Assembly: GCF_964355755.1 (NCBI RefSeq)
Contig: NC_092679.1
Location: 3,378,201 to 3,442,200 of the forward strand
Direction: 5' to 3'
Origin: Antedon mediterranea
Lineage: Eukaryota; Animalia; Echinodermata
Length of the DNA: 64,000 nucleotides
Of the stretch, positions 53,126 to 64,000 are shown one piece after another. The translations under genes were made by a program, and so were the position numbers. The first letter of the stretch is position 1; every line of letters starts with the position of its first letter. A model generated the notes under the pieces. That model was given only the letters and a program-made list of their open reading frames with translations, made no database searches and was not told where the DNA came from.

Positions 53126-55214
53126 TGGAGACAATACAATTCTAAACATTTTGTTCGTTCAACGAAAACACAAAAATCAAGTGTAAATTTCACGTTCAAA
53201 AATTTAATTGGTTGTTCAATTGACTTGTTTGACATGGTTTGAACTATGACATTTAAATTACAAAATTATCGGTTGGGGTGTGTGCTCTGCTTTCACGTTG
53301 GTTGTCCACCTTGTACAACAATTCATCAAAAAAACACATACACATACAAATATCCTAAGAAATTACATATAAAATGAGGCAATTATTATCAAGCTTGCAA
53401 CTCAAAAATAGACTAAAACAATCTACGGTTCCGTCGTTGATTTTACGAGCATTAGATGCATTCGCGGATACAGTGATTACGCATAGAATTGTATGTGTCC
53501 CTGTAAAATCAGTTTTCAGTCTCCGCAGGATGTAAAATTGATTTAAATAATCTTAATAACAATTCTTAATAACATTCAGTTACTATGAATTACATAATCA
53601 ACAAATATTCATCGCAGTTGCTATACATAATGGACATAATGGGTATATTCACTAAATAGTTTAAATTAAAACGTCTTTCCCCCACCCCACCTCACCCCAC
53701 CCCCATTCATTCATTGCATCTAAAAATAAACAACTTAAAAAATTAAAACACTTTGATAGAGAAACCAGGAGTTATTTAAAGTTGTCCTGGTATGCTCCAG
53801 TGGCTTGTATTTTTTTCACATAACCACTAAATATTTACAGACAGACTAGGACAAAAATCCCTGCACATTTTTTTTGTAATGTTCATTCTTTTAAACAGTG
53901 TTACAAAATTTAGAATTCCATACAATTTTGTTATTAGTACTCTTATAATTAATATTTAGTGTAAATGGGCGTTTTGGCAAACAGAATGTAGTGAAAATAG
54001 TGGTAGTCCTGTAAAAAATATGTTTGAGATAGAGCATTAATTGCGTGTAGAATCATAATTGTTGTGTTAAAAGTGTGTACATTTATGGAACAAAATATCA
54101 CTTCTAAAGTAACTGGCAGAGTTAACTTTATCAGTAATTTCGAGTACCACTTGGAAAGTAATCCAGTCGCGTACGTTTAAAAGAGTGTGCTTAAAGATAA
54201 TAAGGCGAGAACCAAGAGAACGGGAATTTCAAATTAACCCTAAAAGCAAACAAAATGTGGTGTTTAGATAATATGCTATCAAAGTCTTTGGTCAGACTAG
54301 CAAGCACACATGGTTTTTTTTAAAAATCCAGTAAAAATATGATTTTTTAGATTTGCATTATGCCAGAAAACAATGAGATCATATTACTCGGTTTTAGTTA
54401 TTCTGAGTAAATAAATATCAATGTTTTAAAAATGTGATATGACCTATGACCTTTAAATTTACTATAAATGTCAGTTAATATAATTGCAATGAGAAGAAAA
54501 CACTTGTGAAAAACTAGATTGTTCAAAAGGATTAAATGTCATATTGGGTGTGTGTGTCTCAATGTGTGGCAATGATAATTGAGCGTAAAAAAGGTACAGT
54601 TAAGTTACAGTGAAACATGTTTCAAAATTACATATCAATATTAAAGTAGTGATGTTTTGTTTTACTGTAGGTAGTTACAATTTTATGTTATGTCAAGTAG
54701 TCTCCTAAAACACCCGATTCTCTGTACTGTATCTGGCATAATTTATTCAGTATATTATAGGCAAATTTCATTGTCACATGTGACGCCGTGTTATTTTAAG
54801 GTTAGGCTTATGGCCTATGATACAGGTGTCATATATTACAGAATTTCCTGAATGACACTGAACAAGTTATATGTACAGTAACGCGAATCGGCTACCTAAA
54901 TTGGTAAGGAATCTACAACCCAAGACTACCTTCTAAAATGTACACATAAAACACAGATTATAATTATATGGCAGCATTGGTTTATCACATAAAACAAAAT
55001 ATATAACAAAAAGCTTAACACTTGCACAATATTTTTTTAAAAAAACCACTAATATATAAATAATATACACATCTACCTCAACACAGTCAAGTAGAACAAT
55101 AATTCAATTAAAGAAATCATGATTGGAGTTATGTAGCTGATACTCTGTACCTCATTTTGTTAGTATGCAGTGTTTAGTCTATTTGAACATCAACTAAATT
55201 AATTACTGCAGTAA

Positions 55215-55378
55215 AGCCTTGTCTACACTATCAAATTTAACTCTATGTGTCAAAAACCTGTGATGTGCCCATATGGGCATGATTATATCATACCACTACC
55301 ATATTTGAGTATATCATTACCATATTTGGGCACATCACACTATTTTTGTCAAACTTTTTCGATAGTGTAGACAGAGCT
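55215..55378. mobile_element. MITE family A (PIF/Harbinger-like), representative copy with TAA/TAA flanks
   Basis: Family TIR consensus AGCTCTGTCTACACTATCAAAC / GTTTGATAGTGTAGACAGAGCT with internal ~21 bp repeats GCCCAAATATGGTAGTGATAT. About 15 copies occur in the window, listed separately. Confidence 0.85.
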
Positions 55379-56797
55379 TAAAGCAACACAGTAGATAATA
55401 TTACTGTAAAATGAAAATTTTGACAATTCATTTGCAGAAGGCTAGACATTACTTGGTGGTCCATTCTGTATGTGTTGTAGTATATCAAATAAAAATAGCC
55501 TCTAATTTCATTGAATTCGGAATATTATACAAAATTTATCAATATTACCCATTCTGTATCGGCCAGAATTTACACACACCGAGTGCACACCCTACAAAAT
55601 GAAGGTGTTGAAGCCCCGAGTGCGTGCGTAAAAACTCTGGTGTTTTTCGTGCAATGTAAAAGGTGTGTTGTATCAGCCATATCATTAAAAAAAAACATTA
55701 AAAAAGATCGTCGCTCAGCTGTTTTACACTTGGATTGAAAAAAACACTAGATAATTATTTCCCCAATAAGAAATGCTTACAAGTAGTACAGTTGGATTTG
55801 TAACGGAATAAACAGGATTGCCATAGTAACTACTCCTAAGATATACAGGTTATCAAAAATAATGTCGACAGTGTCAACATAAATTAACAACCCATCAAGT
55901 ATCTGAAGAAATGATTAGATAAAATTAGTTTAATTGATATATCATCACTAATTGCACTGCCCATGTAAGAAACGGGAATATCATGGCAGGTGAATGAATA
56001 TAGTACAACACATGTCACATAGCAAGAGTGTTTTGGTTTGATCAGAAAATCTTGTGTCTGGTCAAGTTTGGGCTTAAATTATTGAATAATTTTTTTTAAA
56101 CAAGAAATAATCAACATTTACAGATATCTTAAATGACGACCTGGCTACTAAAAAAATAATTTACAATGTGATTTTAGATTATGCAAATCAGGAATCAATA
56201 AATAATGAATATTCATCAACTGATCATGAATATTATTAACCAAAGAAAAGATGAATATATCAGCTTCCTTCGATTTCAACATTGGTGTAGATAATATAAA
56301 TCCCGATATTTCACATTGCAAGACCAGCTTTCTGCTTTGCACTCCGCAACACTACACACTCTTCCTGTTTATACATTCTATGATAAAATAATATTCCTTC
56401 TGAACAAAACCAATTGGTGATTTTGATTCGACACATTTTTCCGGTACTTTTGTTTTTGTGAAATCAATGCCAGATGGAATTTCGGAATGTTTGCAGTATT
56501 ATGCACGCCTCTAACTTCTACGCTTCAATGAACACCGGTCGCTTTCATCATGATTTAAGAGGGTGTGTAGTTTCGCCCCCTTCAGCTAACAATCTTCTTC
56601 ACCGGCGTACAACCGGTTTGTGAAGTCCAGTGTATACTGTGGAAGGTCCACAAACAGGTCCATGATCATCATATTTTCCTGATGATAGATGGTGAACACT
56701 CACACAAGAATGACAACATATGTTCATGTTTACACGACCTCAAATGACCTTTTGAATAATTTTGAGCCGTCATTACAAGTTCAATAACTGTAATGTT

Positions 56798-59700
56798 TTA
56801 GGTTGCTAGGCGTGGTCGCTTGGAAACAGGTAAATCATCATCTTCATCCTCGTCTGAATCTTCGTCGGGGTAATCAACAAGTCCTCCCTAAAATGAATAA
56901 CAACTTTCATAAGATCAATAATGTATTACCTTGTAGATCGTAATTTGAACAGTTTTTTATTTGCCTGCTAGTGAAACCCAAGGTTTATTTAAAGCTATCT
57001 AACAACAGGACACTGAACTCGCCTTGCCAAGATAGGAACTCGTAACAGTCCTTTGATTTTATGTCTGGCTGTGACAAATACCAACAGAACTGTACTATGT
57101 ACATATTCTCCATGGCGCACAGTGTCTGTTGGATGTGTGTGGCACTGATCCCGTTGCAGCCACAGATAAACCCTTTGATCTCTGGAGCTCAGCAACATGT
57201 TATTACATTCCTTAAAGGCTCTCACAGCTGGGTTATTTTGCTTTCTTATTTAAATCACCTACCTTTCTTGTTAAACTACTTGATTTCACTTCCGCAGATG
57301 TCGTCGTCGTCGTCGGTGTGGGAATCGTTTTACTCGTCAGTACTGGAGAGAGCGTTGTAGCCTCAGATTCTACCTGGACACACTTGGCAGGACTGACAGG
57401 TCGGCCATTCGTTGTGTTGCTATTGTCAAAATTCTCCTTATCCATTTCCTTTGGTTCTTCTAATATTGGCTCTTCTTCTAGAGAACAAAAATATATACAA
57501 TACAGATTTCTAGAGCTCGCTTCGCCACCAAAGGTGTTCAAAGCGCTTTTGAATGACCTTATAGTATGCCATCACCTTAGATTAAATACACAATAAATAT
57601 TCAAATTTAAATTGGAAAGAATTATGACTATGTATAAGCCTGGCCAAAAAGATGAGTTTTTAATAATTTCTCTAACAAATCTATAAAAAAAAGTTTCGTT
57701 TCGTTTGTTTCGTTTATTTATTTTTTCCACTCACTTATATATATATATATATATCATTTACATTTACATAACATATATTAAATGTGGGTGGATGGAAGTC
57801 ACAGTAAGTTCACTGAACTTTAAGTCGTGACTCCCGTATGCCTAAGTATACTAACATTGCTACAGAGTAGACTAAAATATGAATATATAATAGTGAAAGT
57901 ACATAAAATAAAGAAAATAAAAAAATTTTAAATTATAGAAGTTAAGATAAACCAGGCAATTATATAATATATGATAAAAGTTACTTTTAATCTATAATAG
58001 AACAATTGATAGAATGGTGGTCTCGAGTTTCTTGACTTTTCGATCAATATACTTTGATTGTCCTCGGGAGTGAGAATGCACAAAGTCCAAACAACATATT
58101 GATTTCACCAGGCAAACCTTTAAACAATAAATTATATATTAATTAAATACATTAGCTTATACCAAGAATCCAATTCAATAAATTGTATCAAACCTTTTTC
58201 TAATGGCATTACAACGCCATCAGTAAATATTACAGCTGGTTCTGCGACTGGAGGTGCTTCAGGCTCATCCTCTTGGTCAAACCACATCTCCTCTTCTTCG
58301 TCCAATGCCCTTGCATCGCGACGATACCGACTGTTTTGAAACGAGCTTGGTTGTCGCAAACTGGAATTTGGAAAGAGAAATGTGAAAAGGGTAATAAACT
58401 TGTTAAATTGCAAGTGAATTTGGCCAAATGTATATGCAACTGATTAAGGTCAACCTACTACTTTTACTCAAAGGTAGTGTCCCCCTGCCTTCCTTTCCAT
58501 TTACAATATTACACTTTTTTAGAGCTACTATAAATCGAAATCTGTAGTTAAAAAGTCCACAGCGGCATGAGCAATGATCGTTGGAATGGCGCTAATAAAT
58601 CAAATCAAATTTGTAGTTGAAAAGTGTGACATCTACGTCCAAAGCGCCATGAGCAATGATCGTACAACGATCAGAATGGCGCTATATAAATCAAAATCAA
58701 ATTAAGATTTCGTTCTGTCTTTTATTGAATATCTTACCCGTCGATATCTGGTTTGTTTGTTTCCCTATCCTTTAGTTGCTCATATTTTGTATGAAGTCCC
58801 TGAAATGTTTTCACATAGTTTACTTTTTTAAAGGCACTGCCATGTTCCTCCATTATATGAACAATTAAAAGTTTAATGTCCTCCTGTGACAAAGAAATAT
58901 ACCAAGAAAATGCTATGCATGAATAAGTAATATGCAATGCATGAATGAGTAATAAGTTATGCATGAACGATTCTCTTGTTTTGCAATCCATGAGCAAGCA
59001 CAAGAAAACGCTAATTTTTTTTTACGGCTTCATTACTGTTTTAGCATTTAGCAAACTATTTTACACATCAATTTAAATAAAATTAAATTTAGATATTAGG
59101 TGTAGAAATGAGTCATGTGGCTATCGAGTTGCCAATTTAAAATTTAAATACAAAAACTGCTAAACTAACTTACCGTTCTGATAAATTCAAAAAGGTCAAG
59201 GATTGCGGAGTTCAAAAGGTTATACTTGCTGCCGTTTGACAGGAATGCAGTGACTAGAGGCTCGAAAAGTTTGCCTTTCACAATGTAACGATAATAAAAG
59301 TCATCTTTAAGGGTGATGATACGACGCATGCAACGGACAGCACCTAAAAGGGTGGGCGATAAAACATGAACATTACAATTGTTATTAATTAAGCTTGGAC
59401 GCAACGCAATGAGGGGATGGATCATCATTGCTTTTCGTTGGAACCAAATTTTAAGGTGATACAAGCTGTTATACTGCTGTAGGATACCCTAATATATAGG
59501 TATTAAATGCGTTAAGAAAAACCATGATTTCTGAATTTTTCAGTATGTAAATTGTACAGTAAAAAATCGCCCTCACCCCAACCAATTTATTATTTATTAA
59601 AATTATAATATATATATGTGTGCAACTCTAATGTCTATCTAGGTCTGGAGCACAAATTTATTGAGTACAGTGCATTATAGTATGTCAGTACGAACAATGT

Positions 59701-62239
59701 TTCAATCGGGGGAGGAGTCAATGGGGTCCCAGCCGGCAAATGCAAATTGTAATGCAAAAGATAGATAAGATGGGCAGGGATGTCACCACGCTGGTCGGCG
59801 CTGGTCGGCCCCGACCAGCACTCAACATTTCCGACCAGGATTTACAGGCTGCCGACCACCACTATTATTTATTAATCATTACGATATTTATATTAGGCCT
59901 AGGCCTAACTAAAATTCGTACTAAAACATTTTACCTAGCACATCGTTAATAACAGACAAGCTAGCCTCATATAGATAAGACAAAAGACTACAGCAAATGT
60001 TTCCGTGGTTACGTACGTTACTTTATTTGTAACACAATACCAGGCCTACCCTGCCCTGGTATTCATTGCGTTCATTGTTACAGCTTGTGAGTCATGGCGA
60101 ACAACGTGCTACACAGCACAGTGTACAAGTTTAAAGTTCACATAGCGACCATTCAAGCGTTTTATTTTGCACAGATTAAAAATACAAACAAGTACGCAGT
60201 AATTAAAAATGTACAACTACATAGACCCAAACAAAATCATTTTTAATTGCTGAATGTTTTGTCACCCTGCTTTAATTATATTATGTTACTAGTTTTACAT
60301 TTTTGTACTCTACGAACTATTAAAAAAAATAAAAAAACATGCGCATGGTTCAGTTAGACCGGGCAAGTTCGTTCGTTTATGATCGCCGAGCATGGTAAAA
60401 TAATTACACGTCCCTGGGATAACTTCAGGTTGCTGAACTTCAGTTAACCCATAAACACGTGTCTCTGTTCTTGCCGGCCATGCACTACATGCTTGCCGCA
60501 CAGTTGTGAAATAAAAAATCCGGCATTCGCGAATACGCTAAAAAACTCTCGCGCAAAAGAACACGAACATTATATCGAGCAACAAGTAGTAAGGTCTAGG
60601 CTAATAATTTATCTACATTATTTGATTAGGGATTAGGCCTAAATAAAGAAGCGCTCGTTTTTGTGGAATTCAGATTTTGGGTTTTGGGGCATCTATCTAA
60701 GTCAAGGCTAGGCCTAAGCCTGACGCGATCTATTGCTATTCATTTCGTGAGCGTTTTTTTGTTTTCGCGAATAATAACAGCGACTCCCCGGTGGTACAAG
60801 GTTAGGCCTAGACCTGACGCAATTTGTTGTTATTTTTTTTCATAATTCTTTATGTTTCGCTGAAATAACGACAAACCCCCGGGGGGGGGGGGGAAATACC
60901 CAAGGGTTAACCAAAAAGCTGGTGACATCCCTGGATGGGTACTCTTTAAAAATATGTTTTACTCCTTGTTTGTTTTTCATTCATTCATCTTTTTATTTCG
61001 GAATACCATAGTGACATAATATATTCATAGCAAAAGAGAGAAAAAAAAATCTTAATCTAAGACCTTATAGAACAAAAACAAAAATATATAAATATAAAGT
61101 TTTTGTTTTGTTTATAAGATTAATAAAGAGAAATCTTATTAGGACATCAATTTAAGCTCAGCCTTTCATTTCACCCTTTTTAGGACCTGACCCTCCCCCA
61201 TCCCACCTTTTTCAAAATCCTGGATCCGTCACCATCAATTCATATGTACTTACACAAATTAAGGAATGCATGTTGAGACTTAAGAAGAGCGAGTATTCTT
61301 CGTAGTAGATCTTTACCAATGATGTGATTCTTTGCGTGGTACGTGTGATGCTCAACACAAAACGTCAACAAATCCATGATAATACTGAGAAGATGCGCCG
61401 TCTGATAATCATCTGCAGGCAAACATTTATAATTAAAAAATCAATTTGTGCATACATTAAAGATGTATTGTCCCCCAAAAACATGAACAAATTAAGATTA
61501 ATTAAATGAGACTTTAAATAGGTTATTTTGTAGTTTTAATAAAGTTAAACACTTCGTAGAAAAAAAATTTTAAAAATTGTGTTTTCACTTATAAAAGTGG
61601 ATAACTATTATGCGACATTAAAATGGCATATTCAAAAACAATTTTTGTTTAAATTATTATTCAGGGGGACAATACATCTTTAACATGATGAGTTAGGCAA
61701 TTGTCCCTTTGGAAACATTAAGACTATTTCTGGATTACATAACAAAGTGATTGAACTGGCGAAATAGACCAGAACACTTTCCGAAAGATTCTTTTAAGTT
61801 CACACAGGATAGGTGTTTTTATTTGTGGATTTTTTACAATGAAAACAATGTTTTTTTTCAATTATACAGTTATTTATGTAGGCCAATCTTTTAAGAATAT
61901 TTTACAAAATTTTTTTTTTTTTACACAACCTTCCGTTCTAGAATACGATTTTTTAATTAACATTTGAAATCCTCTAAAAACATTATTTTGTTTTTTACGC
62001 TCGACTGGTCATGACTGTTGGTCATCTCTGCTACATGACTTCCAAAGCATGAAAATCGTCCATGAATTAGTCATGTTTGTTAACAGTAACGTTTAGTACT
62101 GCAATCAATTAAAATCACCATGCCATTTCTTACCTTTACTGGGATTTAACGTTGCAGTATTTGCCAACAGAGGCGCCGTTAAAACATGTATTGAATGCTT
62201 ATAGAAGAAATTCAAAAACTCTGTCTTTTCAGTCTTCAA
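56798..62239 (-). CDS. PPP4R3: Protein phosphatase 4 regulatory subunit 3 (SMEK/falafel), last 7 coding exons; 5' exons not found in window
   Basis: Exons 62239-62134, 61412-61254, 59343-59174, 58883-58738, 58360-58194, 57477-57263, 56887-56798. GT-AG, phase-consistent. Motifs [67 protein letters not shown] and [13 protein letters not shown]...KRPRL. Confidence 0.94.
58021..58080 (-). mobile_element. Penelope-like fragment, family 2, degenerate hammerhead (58031-58070) in a SMEK intron
   Basis: Minus strand reads cuc-CCGAGGA-c-aaucaa(aguaua)uugauc-GAAA-ag-UC-aag; homologous to 41146-41199. Confidence 0.6.
59775..60933. mobile_element. 1159 bp non-autonomous hAT-like element with 14 bp TIR and 6 bp TSD, in a SMEK intron
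   Basis: Perfect TIR CAGGGATGTCACCA / TGGTGACATCCCTG; GATGGG directly repeated at 59769-59774 and 60934-60939; no transposase ORF. Confidence 0.85.
61461..61679. mobile_element. TTAA-flanked Kolobok-like MITE, family B
   Basis: ttaa-AGATGTATTGTCCCCC ... GGGGGACAATACATCT-ttaa; related copies at 62549-62825, ~31400-31530 and ~13550-13835. Confidence 0.85.
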
Positions 62240-62548
62240 CTATGAATAGAAAAAACAAAGAAATAATGTTTATCAATAAATAGTCAACAGTGCCAATTAT
62301 GCACACAATGCCAAAACGGTCTATAAGCCAAAGGGGACAGTGGATATGAAAGGATACGGTACTTTATAAAAAATATTATTCTGCGAATGTGTATAAGTCC
62401 AGTATACTCCGTTCCGTTTTTATCTAGACTACAAATGGTTGCTTCACGTTCATTTAATCGTGTGTTTTTAATTTAAACTTCGCTAACCAAAGATCTAGCC
62501 TGGCTACTACTGAACAGAATCAAGGATTTAAACACTTTAAAGACTTAA

Positions 62549-62825
62549 AGATGTATTGTCCCCTTGGAAAATAATAAAATAATTTTTTTTGTTGCATATG
62601 CCATTTTAATGTCACATAATGGTTATCACTTTGACCAAAATTTAGATCTAAGCTAAATTTATTTACCTGAAAAAAGGCCAAAAAATTGCTAAATTTGCTG
62701 CCAGCCAATGGATTTGTTTTTGTTTTCTATGGAAGTGATTAACTTTATTAAAACTACAAAATAACATATTCAAAGTCTGATTTAATTAATCTTCATTTTT
62801 CATGTTTTTGGGGGACAATATATCT
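62549..62825. mobile_element. TTAA-flanked Kolobok-like MITE, family B (opposite orientation)
   Basis: ttaa-AGATGTATTGTCCC ... GGGGACAATATATCT-ttaa; internal sequence is the reverse complement of the 61461 copy. Confidence 0.8.
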
Positions 62826-62829
62826 TTAA

Positions 62830-62974
62830 AGTCCCTTTCTCACAGATATGTCTGCAATATACCGGTACAGTGCTGGCGTCGTGCCGGTATCGTTACCGGC
62901 ATATACCCATTCTCATTGGACTATCGTGCCGGAAATATAACCGGTATATACCGGCTTTCTGTGAGAAAGGAGTT
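62830..62974. mobile_element. Short palindromic MITE abutting the family B copy
   Basis: TIR CCTTTCTCACAGA / TCTGTGAGAAAGG with internal ACCGG repeats. Confidence 0.7.
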
Positions 62975-64000
62975 GGGCATATTCGGCCAATAAAAAGTCT
63001 CTGACAAAATAATTATTGAGGGCCTCCTTTATTGTTATTATTTTTGTCTAGGGATATATGGCGGCGAATGTTAGGTTACAGATTATTATCTTCCTTTATA
63101 GCATATTTATGCAATACATGCTATGTACAGTATATTGTGCATATATTATACAGGTACAGCAATTAATTAGCCGTCAATCGGCAATCTGTAAAACACCTTA
63201 GAAGGCTGTACAATTTACAAGGCGACGAAGGGTCAGGCTAGTTAGGCACCAACAAAGAGCTATATGTATGGCCTAGGCCTGCTATAGATTATGCTACAAA
63301 TTTCTTCTTGTCCCCTTATTTTAAGCAGCTCTCTTAAGGCTTGTGCACACCGAACGCGAAGCCGCGAAGCGTCATGCGTCACGCGTCATTCGACGGATCG
63401 CTTTGAAAGTTGAATTGTCATGCGTCTATTAGTTTTTCTTGTCGGTTCCCACTAAACGCGTCACGATCTGCTGATTCGTCGCGATTGCTAGGCCTAGGAG
63501 ATAGTGGGTTGGCCAATACAATGCTACATTTAAAATAATCAGAGAAGATGACTCTGAAGTATTTCCTACGTAAGTTTAACCAGAGAAGAGTTAAATTAAA
63601 ATGTAATTTAACTCTTCCCTGGTTACACCAATCACAGTGTTTGGTTTTGGTGGGAAAATGTTATCCTTTTCCAAAGCTTGAAATGTGCATGATTGTATGT
63701 ATATATCACAAGGACAGAAGAAGATGTATCCAATATCAATACAGTTACAAGAATTAAAGCATTTATTGCATGTTGATTACACGTACATGTGATCTGCTGA
63801 CTGTATTTATTAGAGGTGTTACAAATATCTTTCAACAGAGGTTATTATAACCATATAAAACATTTCATATAAACACGAACTGGGAATCTTCATGGGTTTG
63901 TCACTTTCAAATATAAACTATAGGCCTATATATTAATGTAAAGTTTTCACATTCATTTTCTAATTATTATTAAATATTATATTATTCATGACAAAACATA

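Noticed and set aside
56995-57596. ORFs 56995-57225, 57061-57360 and 57318-57596 as separate genes
   Set aside because: They are intronic or antisense frames over a SMEK exon with no recognisable homology.
62240-64000. Further upstream SMEK exons
   Set aside because: No frame with recognisable SMEK sequence was found; the region is repeat-rich intron.

Overview
This is AT-rich, intron-containing animal genomic DNA, most likely an invertebrate bilaterian; the species cannot be fixed from sequence alone. Four genes were reconstructed by hand from GT-AG junctions with consistent reading phases: a single-exon FoxG (minus, 7730-8941); after a ~32 kb gene-free interval, an 8-exon MNAT1 (minus, 41326-45318); head-to-head with it, a 10-exon CFAP36/CCDC104 (plus, 45702-52052); and, convergent with CFAP36, the last seven coding exons of PPP4R3/SMEK (minus, 56798-62239, 5' part not found in the window). 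Non-coding DNA holds many short non-autonomous transposons (one MITE family with about 15 copies, TTAA-flanked Kolobok-like MITEs, an 893 bp long-TIR element, a hAT-like element with a 6 bp TSD), L2/CR1 3' tails and local tandem duplications. The most interesting signals are: (1) four minimal hammerhead-ribozyme motifs of Penelope type in two families, one intact and three mutated inside or next to genes; (2) a duplicated block of the SMEK last intron together with its splice acceptor ~3.9 kb downstream, suggesting a hidden alternative terminal exon; (3) four tandem UIM-like repeats in CFAP36, one encoded by an exact one-unit exon; (4) an apparently ancient FoxG-MNAT1-CFAP36-SMEK linkage. Nothing prokaryotic (CRISPR, operons) is present, and most short ORFs in the track are spurious.
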